Shown: one piece after another, positions 28,312-37,537 of the stretch | Numbering within the stretch: the first letter of the stretch is position 1 | How the letters are laid out: the number at the start of each line of letters is the position of its first letter | NCBI GenBank assembly: GCA_964538085.1 | Contig: CAZIDF010000004.1 | Coordinates: 3,118 to 67,117, forward strand | Length of the DNA: 64,000 bases | Direction: 5' to 3' | Source: an uncultured Eubacteriales bacterium | Lineage (GTDB): Bacteria > Acidobacteriota > Aminicenantia > Aminicenantales > Aminicenantaceae | Made by a program: the position numbers and the translations under genes | Notes under the pieces: generated by a model | Databases searched by the model: none | Told to the model about the DNA's origin: nothing | Seen by the model: only the letters and a program-made list of their open reading frames with translations

Positions 28312-28807
28312 TTTAGATTTTCAACAGCTAAAAGGACTTCTAATCGACGCGGCTAAAAATTGGCTTGCCCACGATGGTCTCTGGTTTAGGGCTGTGGAGG
28401 AAAAATTCGGGATGGAAGCAGCCCTGGAATTGGATAGAAAGGCCTGGGAAAAGTTCACGGTGATCGAAGCCGAGAGGATCATGAAAAGGCTCGATATGTC
28501 GCCTGGAGGAGGCATCCATGCTCTCATTCAGGCCCTCAGATTCAGGCTTTATGCTTTCATCAATGTGCAGGAGGTCCTGGAAGCGAGTGAAAACAGGTGC
28601 ATATTCCGGATGAACCGTTGCCGAGTGCAAGATGCAAGGCAGAGACAGGGTTTGCCGGATTTCCCGTGCAAATCCGTCGGCATTGTGGAGTACAGCGGCT
28701 TTGCCAGCACCATCGATCCCAGGATCCAAACACGGTGTCTCACGTGCCCGCCTGATCCGCATCCCCCCAATGTCTGGTGCGCCTGGGAATTTTTCATCCC
28801 CACATAA
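28295..28807 (+). CDS. Conserved hypothetical protein with Cys-rich C-terminal half (DUF6125 / ATC-hydrolase-like; uncertain recall)
   Basis: 170 aa, overlapping the radical SAM gene by 17 nt. It has NWLAHDGLWF near the N-terminus and six Cys in the last 75 residues, including CLTCPP. Confidence 0.5.
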   Translation: MKHIDDLDFQQLKGLLIDAAKNWLAHDGLWFRAVEEKFGMEAALELDRKAWEKFTVIEAERIMKRLDMSPGGGIHALIQALRFRLYAFINVQEVLEASENRCIFRMNRCRVQDARQRQGLPDFPCKSVGIVEYSGFASTIDPRIQTRCLTCPPDPHPPNVWCAWEFFIPT

Positions 28808-28927
28808 TAAATTGTGCCGGATTCTTTTCATTCTTTTCCAATTGTGTTAACGTGATGTGTCTCCATCAAATCCAACATAATTTATCCTAGGGAGAGGAAT
28901 CCGTAACTAATCCCAAAAGGAGTCAGA

Positions 28928-29890
28928 ATGTTTGATAACACGAATTTCCCAAAAGCGAAAAAATTTTGGCATATGGGGGAATTCCACAATTGGGCAGAAA
29001 CCAATGTCCATGCCATGAGCCACGCACTCCATTACGGAACCTCTGTTTTCGAGGGCATCCGTGCCTATCAAACGGCCAATGGCCCGGCAATCTTTCGTCT
29101 ATCTGACCACATCGACCGGTTTTTCTACTCTGCCTCCTTGTTGAACATGGTCATTCCTTACACAAAGCAAGAAATCAGCGAGACCATAAAACAAGTGATT
29201 GGGGAAAACCAACTGGATTCGGCATACATCCGGCCCCTCCTGTATTATTCCTACGGGAATCTGGGCCTCGTCCCAAAAAATTCGCCTGTCGAACTGATGA
29301 TCGCTGCTTGGGAGTGGGGCGCCTACCTCGGGGATAAGGCCGAAAAAGGAATCCATGCCTACATGCTTCCCTGGCGACGGATCCATCACAGCCAGTTCGA
29401 CATGAAGGCCAAACTCGGTGGATTGTACATTCTCTCAACCATTTATGGTGTTCTGGCCCGGAAAAAAGGATTTGATGAAGCGATATTCCTGAATCTCGAA
29501 GGAAATGTCGCTGAAGGCCCTGGGGAAAACATCCTAATCGTCAAAGATGGCGTCGTAAAAACCAATGATCTGAACGAATCTGTTCTCGAAGGGATTACTC
29601 GCACGAGCATCCTCAAAATTGCGGAGGATATGGGTATCCCCACTTCCATTGGCCCGATAACCAGGCAAGATTTTTTCGAAGCAGACGAAGCCTTTTTTTC
29701 AGGGACAGCCGTGGAAATCGCTCCGATCACTCGGGTTATGGACGATTCAGAACCAACCGATTCTCCCAAAGAATACACGATTGGATCGGGCATGGCGGGC
29801 GAGATCACCACAAAGATAATCAAGATTTTCAAAAATATCGTCGCGGGTAAGAACAGGAACTACGAAACGTGGCTGACTTACGTGAAGTGA
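28928..29890 (+). CDS. ilvE: Branched-chain amino acid aminotransferase
   Basis: 320 aa, preceded by the SD AAAGGAG. It looks like a fold-type IV aminotransferase (HYGTSVFEGIRAY, EGPGENI, GITR). Confidence 0.9.
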   Translation: MFDNTNFPKAKKFWHMGEFHNWAETNVHAMSHALHYGTSVFEGIRAYQTANGPAIFRLSDHIDRFFYSASLLNMVIPYTKQEISETIKQVIGENQLDSAYIRPLLYYSYGNLGLVPKNSPVELMIAAWEWGAYLGDKAEKGIHAYMLPWRRIHHSQFDMKAKLGGLYILSTIYGVLARKKGFDEAIFLNLEGNVAEGPGENILIVKDGVVKTNDLNESVLEGITRTSILKIAEDMGIPTSIGPITRQDFFEADEAFFSGTAVEIAPITRVMDDSEPTDSPKEYTIGSGMAGEITTKIIKIFKNIVAGKNRNYETWLTYVK

Positions 29891-29913
29891 ACGGAAAACG
29901 ACAAGATAAAGGC

Positions 29914-30333
29914 ATGTATATTTTGCTCGCCCGTTTGGGCAAAACGCAAAAAATCAAACCTGGAAGGCTTCCAGAAGCCGATTATAAAGAGGGGATATAT
30001 CTGTATGTCGGAAGGGCACGGACTGGACTCCTTGCCAGGATCAGACGCCACATTCGAAGGCAAAAAAAACTATTCTGGCATATCGATTATCTTCTGCAAA
30101 AAGCTAAGATCGAAGCCATATGGATCCGCAAGCATTATTTCGATGAGTGCAACATCGCTGATATGATAGGGGATTTTCACACAACAAAGGGAATACCCGT
30201 AAAGGGATTCGGCTCATCCGACTGCCGGTGCCCCGGCCATCTCTTTTATTTTCCCCCAGGCTCAACGGATTTCAGATTTTTAAAAAATAAACTAGAATTT
30301 GAAAAGGCAAGGTTCGATGGAAATGATTTTTAA
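29914..30333 (+). CDS. DUF123 (GIY-YIG/Uri superfamily) protein
   Basis: The start at MYILLARL (29914) falls after the ilvE stop. The motifs YLYVGRA...RIRRHIR...LFWHIDYL match the DUF123 pattern I recall. Confidence 0.6.
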   Translation: MYILLARLGKTQKIKPGRLPEADYKEGIYLYVGRARTGLLARIRRHIRRQKKLFWHIDYLLQKAKIEAIWIRKHYFDECNIADMIGDFHTTKGIPVKGFGSSDCRCPGHLFYFPPGSTDFRFLKNKLEFEKARFDGNDF

Positions 30334-30760
30334 ACCGATAGGCACAGCCCACTCTCCTTTCGAAAAAAAGGAAGACATCAACAAAACCCGCAATATCGGT
30401 CCCAAAGGATTCGAGGACGTCCGGGGGGAATTGGAAATTTTCGGAGAATTCGCAGAGGGTTTAAAGGATATCGATGGTTTCTCCCATATCATCGTTATCT
30501 TTGTTTTTCACAAATCCACCGAAAAGAAACTTTACGCGCACCCTCCATTCGATGGGAAGCGGAGGGGCGTTTTTTCCACCAGAAGCCCGAACCGGCCCAA
30601 TCCCATCGGATTTTCAGTACTTAAGCTCATCAAGCGGGACGGAAACAAATTGCAAGTCTTGGGAATGGATATGATCGAAGGAACACCCATCCTGGACATC
30701 AAACCCTACACACCCAGAGACCAAAAATCAGAGGTTCGCTTCGGCTGGCTGGAGAAATAG
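30317..30760 (+). CDS. trmO: tRNA (t6A37) methyltransferase TrmO / TsaA-like protein
   Basis: The start is at MEMIFKPIG. It has IGTAHSPF, FSHIIVIFVFHKS, RSPNRPNPIG and GTPILDIKPY, typical of the YaeB/TsaA family. It overlaps the DUF123 gene by 17 nt. Confidence 0.85.
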   Translation: MEMIFKPIGTAHSPFEKKEDINKTRNIGPKGFEDVRGELEIFGEFAEGLKDIDGFSHIIVIFVFHKSTEKKLYAHPPFDGKRRGVFSTRSPNRPNPIGFSVLKLIKRDGNKLQVLGMDMIEGTPILDIKPYTPRDQKSEVRFGWLEK

Positions 30761-30798
30761 TTGGGCTAGATTTCTCCCCTGTTTTGCGGGTATGTTTT

Positions 30799-30807
30799 TG
30801 GTATATA
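30799..30807 (+). promoter_or_regulatory. Extended -10-like element upstream of the M16 peptidase genes
   Basis: TGGTATATA sits about 26 nt before the ATG at 30833. The SD AAGGAGG lies in between. Confidence 0.35.
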
Positions 30808-30832
30808 AAAACTCTCTCCAAAGGAGGATAAT

Positions 30833-32176
30833 ATGGTCAAATACCTTTCTTCTTTTTTATGCCTATTGATGATTCTCTCTTCCCCGATAATACTGCAGGC
30901 ATCTAAAATATTTCCGTATGATTACAAGGTCGAAGAATTGGAGAACGGATTCAAAGTTGTCTCCATCCCCCTTCCTAATCCCAATATTATTTCTTACTAC
31001 ACCATCGTTCGGTCCGGATCACGAAACGAGGTCGAGCCGGGTAAATCCGGGTTTGCTCATTTTTTCGAACACATGATGTTCAAGGGAACAGAAAACATGT
31101 CTCCTGAGGAGTACGATAATTTTCTCAGCGAGATCGGTGCAGGAACCAACGCGTACACCACGGATGATTACACCTGTTATTATGTCGTATTCGCCGGAAG
31201 AGAAAACTTGGAAAACGTGGTCAAGGCCGAAGCGGACCGGTTTATCAACCTGTTCTGGGATGAGGAAATGATCAAAACCGAGGCGAAGGTTATCGAGGGC
31301 GAGTATTACGCCAGCGTTTCCAGCCCTTCCAGACGGATGTTCGAACTCCTCCGGGACACGGCATATGAAAAACACTCCTACAAGCACACCACCCTCGGTT
31401 ATTTGGAAGACATCCTGGATATGCCGAACCAATTTCCCTACAGCCAGCTGTACAAGAAACGTTTTTATGCACCGGACAACAGCATCCTTTTGGTCGCCGG
31501 AGACTTCGACCATGAACAATTGATGACCCTTGTGAAACAATATTATGGCGGTTGGGAAAAGTCCAGCTATACACTGGTCACACCAGAGGAGCCGGCACAA
31601 ACCGAAGCGAAAAGAGCTCATTATGACTGGCCGACCCAGACGCTTCCTATGCTGGCCATCGGATTTCATGGACCTTCCTATTCGGACGAAAATATCGACA
31701 AGGCCGCCCTCGACTTGATGGCAGAGATCGCTTTTTCCCGCTCATCCGAACTCTACCAGAGGCTTGTGATCGAAGAACAAAAATGCCAATCTCTGGGAGC
31801 CAGCTTCGCACACAGGAGAGATCCCTATCTCCTGACTTTTAATTCCGTCGTCAAAAACGAAAAGGACCTTCGCTATGTGGAAGAAGAGATATTCAAGGAA
31901 CTGGAAAGGCTAAAAATTGAGCCGGTATCGGAGGAAAAACTGGCAGACATCAAATCCAACCTCAAATATTCCTTTGCCAACTCCTTGGACACCACCGATG
32001 GGATTGCGGGATCTCTTGCCTTTTATATCAGCCTGACAACAGATCCGGGAAGTGTCAACAAAATGTTCGATCTTTTCGAAAAAGTCACCCCACAGGATTT
32101 CATGGATATGGCCAAGAAATATTTCCAAAGGTCAAACAGCACGGTTGTGACGCTGACAGGAGGAGAATCCAGATGA
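30833..32176 (+). CDS. M16 family zinc peptidase (active subunit, HxxEH)
   Basis: 447 aa with a signal-like N-terminus and the inverted zinc motif HFFEHMMFKGT. Confidence 0.88.
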   Translation: MVKYLSSFLCLLMILSSPIILQASKIFPYDYKVEELENGFKVVSIPLPNPNIISYYTIVRSGSRNEVEPGKSGFAHFFEHMMFKGTENMSPEEYDNFLSEIGAGTNAYTTDDYTCYYVVFAGRENLENVVKAEADRFINLFWDEEMIKTEAKVIEGEYYASVSSPSRRMFELLRDTAYEKHSYKHTTLGYLEDILDMPNQFPYSQLYKKRFYAPDNSILLVAGDFDHEQLMTLVKQYYGGWEKSSYTLVTPEEPAQTEAKRAHYDWPTQTLPMLAIGFHGPSYSDENIDKAALDLMAEIAFSRSSELYQRLVIEEQKCQSLGASFAHRRDPYLLTFNSVVKNEKDLRYVEEEIFKELERLKIEPVSEEKLADIKSNLKYSFANSLDTTDGIAGSLAFYISLTTDPGSVNKMFDLFEKVTPQDFMDMAKKYFQRSNSTVVTLTGGESR

Positions 32177-33708
32177 AAAAAATAAAAATGATCTCATTTA
32201 TCGGATTTTTAGCCCTGGCCTTTTTTATGACAGACGCGTGCACCAAGAAGCCATCAGGCACCTTGGCTACAGAGCTTCTTCCGGTTGAAGGAAGCCCGAT
32301 GATCAGCTTCAGGATCCTGTTGAACATGGGATCGGCTAACGACCCCGCAGGAAAAGAAGGGCTGTGCCATCTCACCTTGAGCATGATGGCAGGAGGAGGG
32401 ACCAAAAGCCTGACATTCAAGGAAATCCAAGAAAAGTTCTTTCCGATGGCTGCCGGTGTCGGCCTTCGAGTAGAAAAAGAGATGTCTGTTTTCACCGGAA
32501 CCATCCACATCGATAACTTGGACAAATACTACGCCATTTTTAAAGAGATGCTGCTCGACCCAGGATTCCGCGAAGATGATTTTATCCGATTGAAGACTAA
32601 CCAGCTTAACTTCTTGGAAAAAACTTTGGTCGGCAACATGGATGAGCAATTCGGAAAAGAAATCCTGAACCTGATGATGTACACAAATCATCCCTATGGC
32701 CACCACGATTCAGGAACCGTAGAAAGCGTCAGAAGGCTGACGCTCGATGACATCAGGGCCTTCTACCAGGAACACTTCAAACAGGGCAATATCACCATCG
32801 GATTAGCCGGAGGCTACCCCGACAGCTTCTCCACAAAAGTCGTAGATGATTTTGCCGCTCTTCCGGAAGGATTCGATCCCCAGCTGGAACTGCCTGCCCT
32901 GCGCAAGCCCGAAGGACTTGAGATCGTGATCGCAGAAAAACAAACCCCTGCGACAAATATTTCGATGGGTTTTCCCCATACAATAGGGAAATCATCCGAT
33001 GACTTCTTCGCTCTTTGGATCGCCTGCTCCCACTTTGGAGAACACCGGCAAAGCCTTTCCCTTCTCTACCAAAAAATCCGGGAAGAACGCGGGCAGAATT
33101 ACGGAGACTATGCCTATGCCGATCATTTTATCCAAGGCCGACTTAAATTCCCTGCCACCAATTATTGCCGTCAGCAGCAGTATTTCTCCATCTGGATCCG
33201 GGCATTGGCAAACTCCAACCGCCACTTTGTCCTGAGGCAGGCTCTCCGCGAGCTAAAAAAGCTGGTGGAGGAGGGAATCTCCGAAGAAAGATTCCAACTC
33301 GTTCGCAAATATCTCTTGAACTACACCAGGCTTTATGCCCAAACGCTAGGGGAACGGCTGGGCTGGCAGATGGACTCTCGTTATTACGGCTACAAGGATT
33401 TTTTGGCGGAAGTCCAGGACCGCCTGCCCAAGATCACACGCGAGGAAGTGAATAACGCCATCAAAACCCACTTGAATTCCGACAACGTCTACATCGCTAT
33501 CATCACGCAGGATGCAGAATCTTTGAAGAATGACCTGATATCCAACACCCCATCCCCGATAAGCTACGCCAACCCGAACATGCCCCAGAAAGTCTTGGAT
33601 GAGGACCTTGTTATCCAGTCATTTCCTCTCGATATTCATCCAGATAAAATCCGCATAGCCAAAGCTTCGGATTTTTTCAAGAGGACAGGAATCCCTGAAT
33701 CAGAGTGA
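32173..33708 (+). CDS. M16 family peptidase-like protein (probably non-catalytic partner)
   Basis: 511 aa with an ATGA overlap to the preceding gene and a lipoprotein-like N-terminus (...FFMTDAC). The HxxEH position reads HLTLSMM, so the zinc motif is degenerate. Confidence 0.8.
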   Translation: MKKIKMISFIGFLALAFFMTDACTKKPSGTLATELLPVEGSPMISFRILLNMGSANDPAGKEGLCHLTLSMMAGGGTKSLTFKEIQEKFFPMAAGVGLRVEKEMSVFTGTIHIDNLDKYYAIFKEMLLDPGFREDDFIRLKTNQLNFLEKTLVGNMDEQFGKEILNLMMYTNHPYGHHDSGTVESVRRLTLDDIRAFYQEHFKQGNITIGLAGGYPDSFSTKVVDDFAALPEGFDPQLELPALRKPEGLEIVIAEKQTPATNISMGFPHTIGKSSDDFFALWIACSHFGEHRQSLSLLYQKIREERGQNYGDYAYADHFIQGRLKFPATNYCRQQQYFSIWIRALANSNRHFVLRQALRELKKLVEEGISEERFQLVRKYLLNYTRLYAQTLGERLGWQMDSRYYGYKDFLAEVQDRLPKITREEVNNAIKTHLNSDNVYIAIITQDAESLKNDLISNTPSPISYANPNMPQKVLDEDLVIQSFPLDIHPDKIRIAKASDFFKRTGIPESE

Positions 33709-33763
33709 AAAGCTGAGCCGGGTCGAGCGGAAAAAAAAGAAAACCGAAAAAATATGAATAACT

Positions 33764-35809
33764 ATGGGGGCGATTATGCAGTTAAACCTTATGAAAAATC
33801 GATCAAGGAAAATGAGGATGGCAGGGATCATGTTTTTATTTCTCTTTGTTTGTCAATTCTCATGCGGGGCCCAAGATTGGCTGCAAAGCCTCGGCCGTTA
33901 CCAAAACTTCACCAGCAAACGGATATCTTCCTTTGACCGGACAGGAGGAAACAACGACAGGTTGAACATCCCGCCGGGTAAAACAGTGACCCTCGCTGAA
34001 ATCGAGGGACCCGGCGCTATCCACCATATCTGGATGACTATAGCGGCCGAACCTTTTTACGGGAGAAAGATCATCTTGAGGATGTACTGGGATGGAGAGG
34101 AATCCCCATCCGTGGAATCTCCGATCGGGGACTTCTTCGGAGTAGGTCATGGTCTCGACCGGAATTTCAGTTCGCTTCCGATAAACTGTTCTTCTGAAGG
34201 AAGGGCCAGGAATTGCTACTGGACCATGCCCTTTTGCCGTTCCGCTCGCATCACGGCCACAAACGAAGGCACAGAGCCTGTCGGGGCCTTCTACTATTAC
34301 ATCGATTACCGCGAGCTTCCCGAACTGCCGCAAGAAACACCCAGGTTTCATGCCCAATACTGCCAGGAAATGCCCTGCTATCCCGGAAAAAATTATTCGA
34401 TCCTGGAAACCTCTGGGCGAGGACACTATGTGGGATGCAATCTCAGCATTCTTCAGACAGCCATGGGATGGTGGGGAGAGGGCGATGACATGATCTATGT
34501 GGACGGGGAAGAATTTCCTTCTCTGTATGGGACAGGATCCGAGGACTACTTCTCCGATGCCTGGGGGATGAGGGAGGATGAAAACCCATTTTACGGCTGT
34601 CCTCTCCAGGAATCGGATTTTCTGGTCGGTTCCAAGGCCACTGTTTACCGTTTTCACATCCCAGATCCGATCCCGTTCAAAAAATCCATTCGGGTCACCA
34701 TAGAACACGGCCATGCCAACAATCGTTCTGACCTATATTCTTCCGTAGCCTATTGGTATCAGAGCGAACCGCACAAACCTTTTCCCAGGATCCCATCTGT
34801 CGAAAAAAGGCTTCCCTTTGCTCTTCCATCGCCCGCAAACTTCGACTTCCCTGAATGGGAAAAAATCCAAGGCAATACATTCCTGGTTTATGAGGACAAA
34901 ACTTCCGGGATGAAAGTCCAATCCCAAAACATTACCCCTTCTCTCTCTTCTTTTTACAACCAGACCGGTGCCAGGTATCCGCTGCTCACGACAGAAAATG
35001 CCTTGACCGGAACAACCATGGAAATTTCATTCCCTGTGGACATCGGAGAACTGTATGACATCGATCTCTTTCTGTTTCGAGGCCCGAATATGGGCAAGAT
35101 CACAGCCGGAAAAATCTGGGGCGGTACCCATTCCACAAAACTGGAGACGAATGTTTTCGACGGGTACTCTGCCTCAAAGGAAATCTCACGTCTGACCCTC
35201 AAAAACGTTCGTCTTTATTCGGGGCAAAACCACTTAGAGCTGGAAGTGACAGGCAAATCTCCTCTGGCTATAGGATCCGAACTGGCCTTTGTCAACATGA
35301 GCAGGGTGCCATCTGACCGCCGGTTCATCACCGACTGGAATCTGATCGGTCCCTTCGATGCTCCGGATATGAGCTATCTCCAGGAAGCCTATCCTCCAGA
35401 AAAAGAGATCGACATGAGTCAAACCTACCGAGGCAAAGGAAATACCCCTCTCCGATGGACAAAAATCCAGACTGAACCGTCGGGATTTATGCGGCTGGAA
35501 AACCGGATCACACCCAGTGAAAGAGGGATCGTATACGGACTGGCCTATGTCTTTTCACCCGACGAAAGAGAGGCAGTCATGCTTGTGGGGAGCGACGATG
35601 GGGTGCGCCTCTGGCTCAACACAGAACTGATCCACACCAATCCGGCCTACCGTGGAGCCTATCCAGACCAGGATCGTATTCAAGTCTCTTTAAAAAAAGG
35701 CTGGAATACCGTGCTCATTAAAGTCCTCCAGGGCGGCGGGGGGTGGGGTTATTATGTCCGGTTCGTGGATCCAGAGGGCCAACTCGAATATAAAACCGAA
35801 ATCGAATGA
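33764..35809 (+). CDS. DUF2961 (GH172 family) protein with extra C-terminal beta-sandwich-like domain
   Basis: 681 aa with a signal-like N-terminus (several candidate ATGs at 33764-33815). The DUF2961 signature is SSFDRTGGNNDRLNIPPGKTVTLAEIEGPGAIHHIWMT. About 200 extra residues follow at the C-terminus. Confidence 0.75.
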   Translation: MGAIMQLNLMKNRSRKMRMAGIMFLFLFVCQFSCGAQDWLQSLGRYQNFTSKRISSFDRTGGNNDRLNIPPGKTVTLAEIEGPGAIHHIWMTIAAEPFYGRKIILRMYWDGEESPSVESPIGDFFGVGHGLDRNFSSLPINCSSEGRARNCYWTMPFCRSARITATNEGTEPVGAFYYYIDYRELPELPQETPRFHAQYCQEMPCYPGKNYSILETSGRGHYVGCNLSILQTAMGWWGEGDDMIYVDGEEFPSLYGTGSEDYFSDAWGMREDENPFYGCPLQESDFLVGSKATVYRFHIPDPIPFKKSIRVTIEHGHANNRSDLYSSVAYWYQSEPHKPFPRIPSVEKRLPFALPSPANFDFPEWEKIQGNTFLVYEDKTSGMKVQSQNITPSLSSFYNQTGARYPLLTTENALTGTTMEISFPVDIGELYDIDLFLFRGPNMGKITAGKIWGGTHSTKLETNVFDGYSASKEISRLTLKNVRLYSGQNHLELEVTGKSPLAIGSELAFVNMSRVPSDRRFITDWNLIGPFDAPDMSYLQEAYPPEKEIDMSQTYRGKGNTPLRWTKIQTEPSGFMRLENRITPSERGIVYGLAYVFSPDEREAVMLVGSDDGVRLWLNTELIHTNPAYRGAYPDQDRIQVSLKKGWNTVLIKVLQGGGGWGYYVRFVDPEGQLEYKTEIE

Positions 35810-36813
35810 CCACCTGGAAAGACCTGCTCCATGCCGACGCAACGCCCTGGCTTTTGGAGGATAAGAACCCTTCTGTTCGATACTTGACTTTAACGGAACT
35901 GTTGGAAAACCCAGAGTCCGATCCCGAAGTCCTCGGTACTCGTAAAGACATCATGACATCCGGAGCGATCCCAAAACTGCTGGCCAAACAATCTCCCGGA
36001 GGATATTGGGAAAAGCCCGAGGACTTTTATGTGCGCACAAAATACAAAGGGTCGGTATGGACATTCATTATCCTTGCGGAACTGATGGCCGATCCCGAAG
36101 ATCCGCGCATACAAAAGGCCTGTGAATTTATCCTGGATTGGTCTCAAGACAGGAAAAGCGGGGGATTTTCCTGCAGAGGCAGCGTAAAAGGAGGGGGGTA
36201 TTCCAGTGGAGTCATTCCATGTCTTACAGGCAACATGGCGTGGGGTCTGATCCGATTCGGGTATATGGATGATCCCCGAGTACGCCAGGCTATCGATTGG
36301 ATCACAACATACCAGAGATTCGATGATGGGGGAAGCATAGCTCCCAGGAGATGGCCGTATGACCGGTTCGAACAATGCTGGGGAAAACACACCTGTTTTC
36401 TGGGTGTGGTGAAGGGGCTTAAAGCCCTTGCAGAAATTCCTCTACGGAGAAGGTCAAAAAACATAAAGATCTTTATCCAGAATGCCGCAGAATTTCTCCT
36501 GAAACATCATGTGTATAAAAGAAGCCACGATCTCGATCGATCGGCCAAGCCAAAATGGACCCGGCTCTGGTTTCCCTGGATGTGGGATACCGATGTTTTG
36601 GAGATGTCGCTCATCCTTACCAGACTGGGGATTCGAGACGACAGGATGCAAGAGGCGATGGATCTACTCCTATCCAAACAAAATGAACAGGGGAAATGGC
36701 TTCTTGACGACACGTATAATGGCCGTTTTCAAGCCAACATCGAATCTAAAGGCAAACCCAGCAAGTGGGTCACACTGAATGCGAGGAGAGTTCTGAAGAG
36801 GTACTATGGATAA
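35806..36813 (+). CDS. Prenyltransferase / terpenoid-cyclase-like alpha-alpha toroid repeat protein
   Basis: 335 aa with an ATGA overlap to the upstream gene. Repeated GG[YF][WS] / Q..GKW elements (SPGGYWEK, KSGGFSC, NEQGKWLL) are reminiscent of prenyltransferase or squalene cyclase repeats. Confidence 0.5.
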   Translation: MTTWKDLLHADATPWLLEDKNPSVRYLTLTELLENPESDPEVLGTRKDIMTSGAIPKLLAKQSPGGYWEKPEDFYVRTKYKGSVWTFIILAELMADPEDPRIQKACEFILDWSQDRKSGGFSCRGSVKGGGYSSGVIPCLTGNMAWGLIRFGYMDDPRVRQAIDWITTYQRFDDGGSIAPRRWPYDRFEQCWGKHTCFLGVVKGLKALAEIPLRRRSKNIKIFIQNAAEFLLKHHVYKRSHDLDRSAKPKWTRLWFPWMWDTDVLEMSLILTRLGIRDDRMQEAMDLLLSKQNEQGKWLLDDTYNGRFQANIESKGKPSKWVTLNARRVLKRYYG

Positions 36814-37537
36814 AACCCGGATGAAAATTGCCTTTATCGGAGACAGCTTGACAGAAGGGATCGCCGGGGTTTCCTATTATGACATTCTCCAAAACAAATT
36901 GTCCTCACATGAGTTTTTCAATTATGGCAAAGGCGGAGACACGGTGATTAGCCTTTTTCGCCGCGTACACAAGATGGGCTTCTCGACCTCTATGGACATA
37001 GGATTTCTCTGGATAGGCGTGAATGACGTAGTCGTTAAAACCAGCTGGCCTCTCCGGCTCTTAAAACGCCTGCGAAAACAGCCTTGGGCAAAAGATCACG
37101 CGCAATTCTATCAGTATTATCGCTCTCTTTTGGAATTATTGGAGAACGATTTTACCCATATTTTCGTTCTTCCACCTCTTCTGATAGGAGAGGATATCCA
37201 CAACGCATGGAACATGGAATTGGCTGTTCTCTCTGAAATAATTCATGGCCTTTCTCTGCTCTACCCCAAAGTCGAATTTGTCGATTTGAGGGAACATTTT
37301 ATCTCCCAGCTTGCCACGAAAAATGTCTCCCCCTATATCCCTAAGAGCGTTTTTCGAGTGATCTTCGATGCTTTTGTCATCAAGTCTCCTGAAGAATCGG
37401 CAAAAGTGGCGACAGAGAGAGGCTTTCATTACACCATCGATGGCGTGCACCTCAACAGGGCAGGAGCCGAAATGGTCGCGGATGTTTTGTTGGGAAGGAT
37501 TCGTTCAAAGCTCAAACTCATTGCTGGCAATCCCTAA
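36806..37537 (+). CDS. SGNH/GDSL family hydrolase
   Basis: 243 aa with an 8-nt overlap to the upstream gene. It has block I (IAFIGDSLTEG) and block V (DGVHLNRAGAEMVA). Confidence 0.85.
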   Translation: MDKTRMKIAFIGDSLTEGIAGVSYYDILQNKLSSHEFFNYGKGGDTVISLFRRVHKMGFSTSMDIGFLWIGVNDVVVKTSWPLRLLKRLRKQPWAKDHAQFYQYYRSLLELLENDFTHIFVLPPLLIGEDIHNAWNMELAVLSEIIHGLSLLYPKVEFVDLREHFISQLATKNVSPYIPKSVFRVIFDAFVIKSPEESAKVATERGFHYTIDGVHLNRAGAEMVADVLLGRIRSKLKLIAGNP

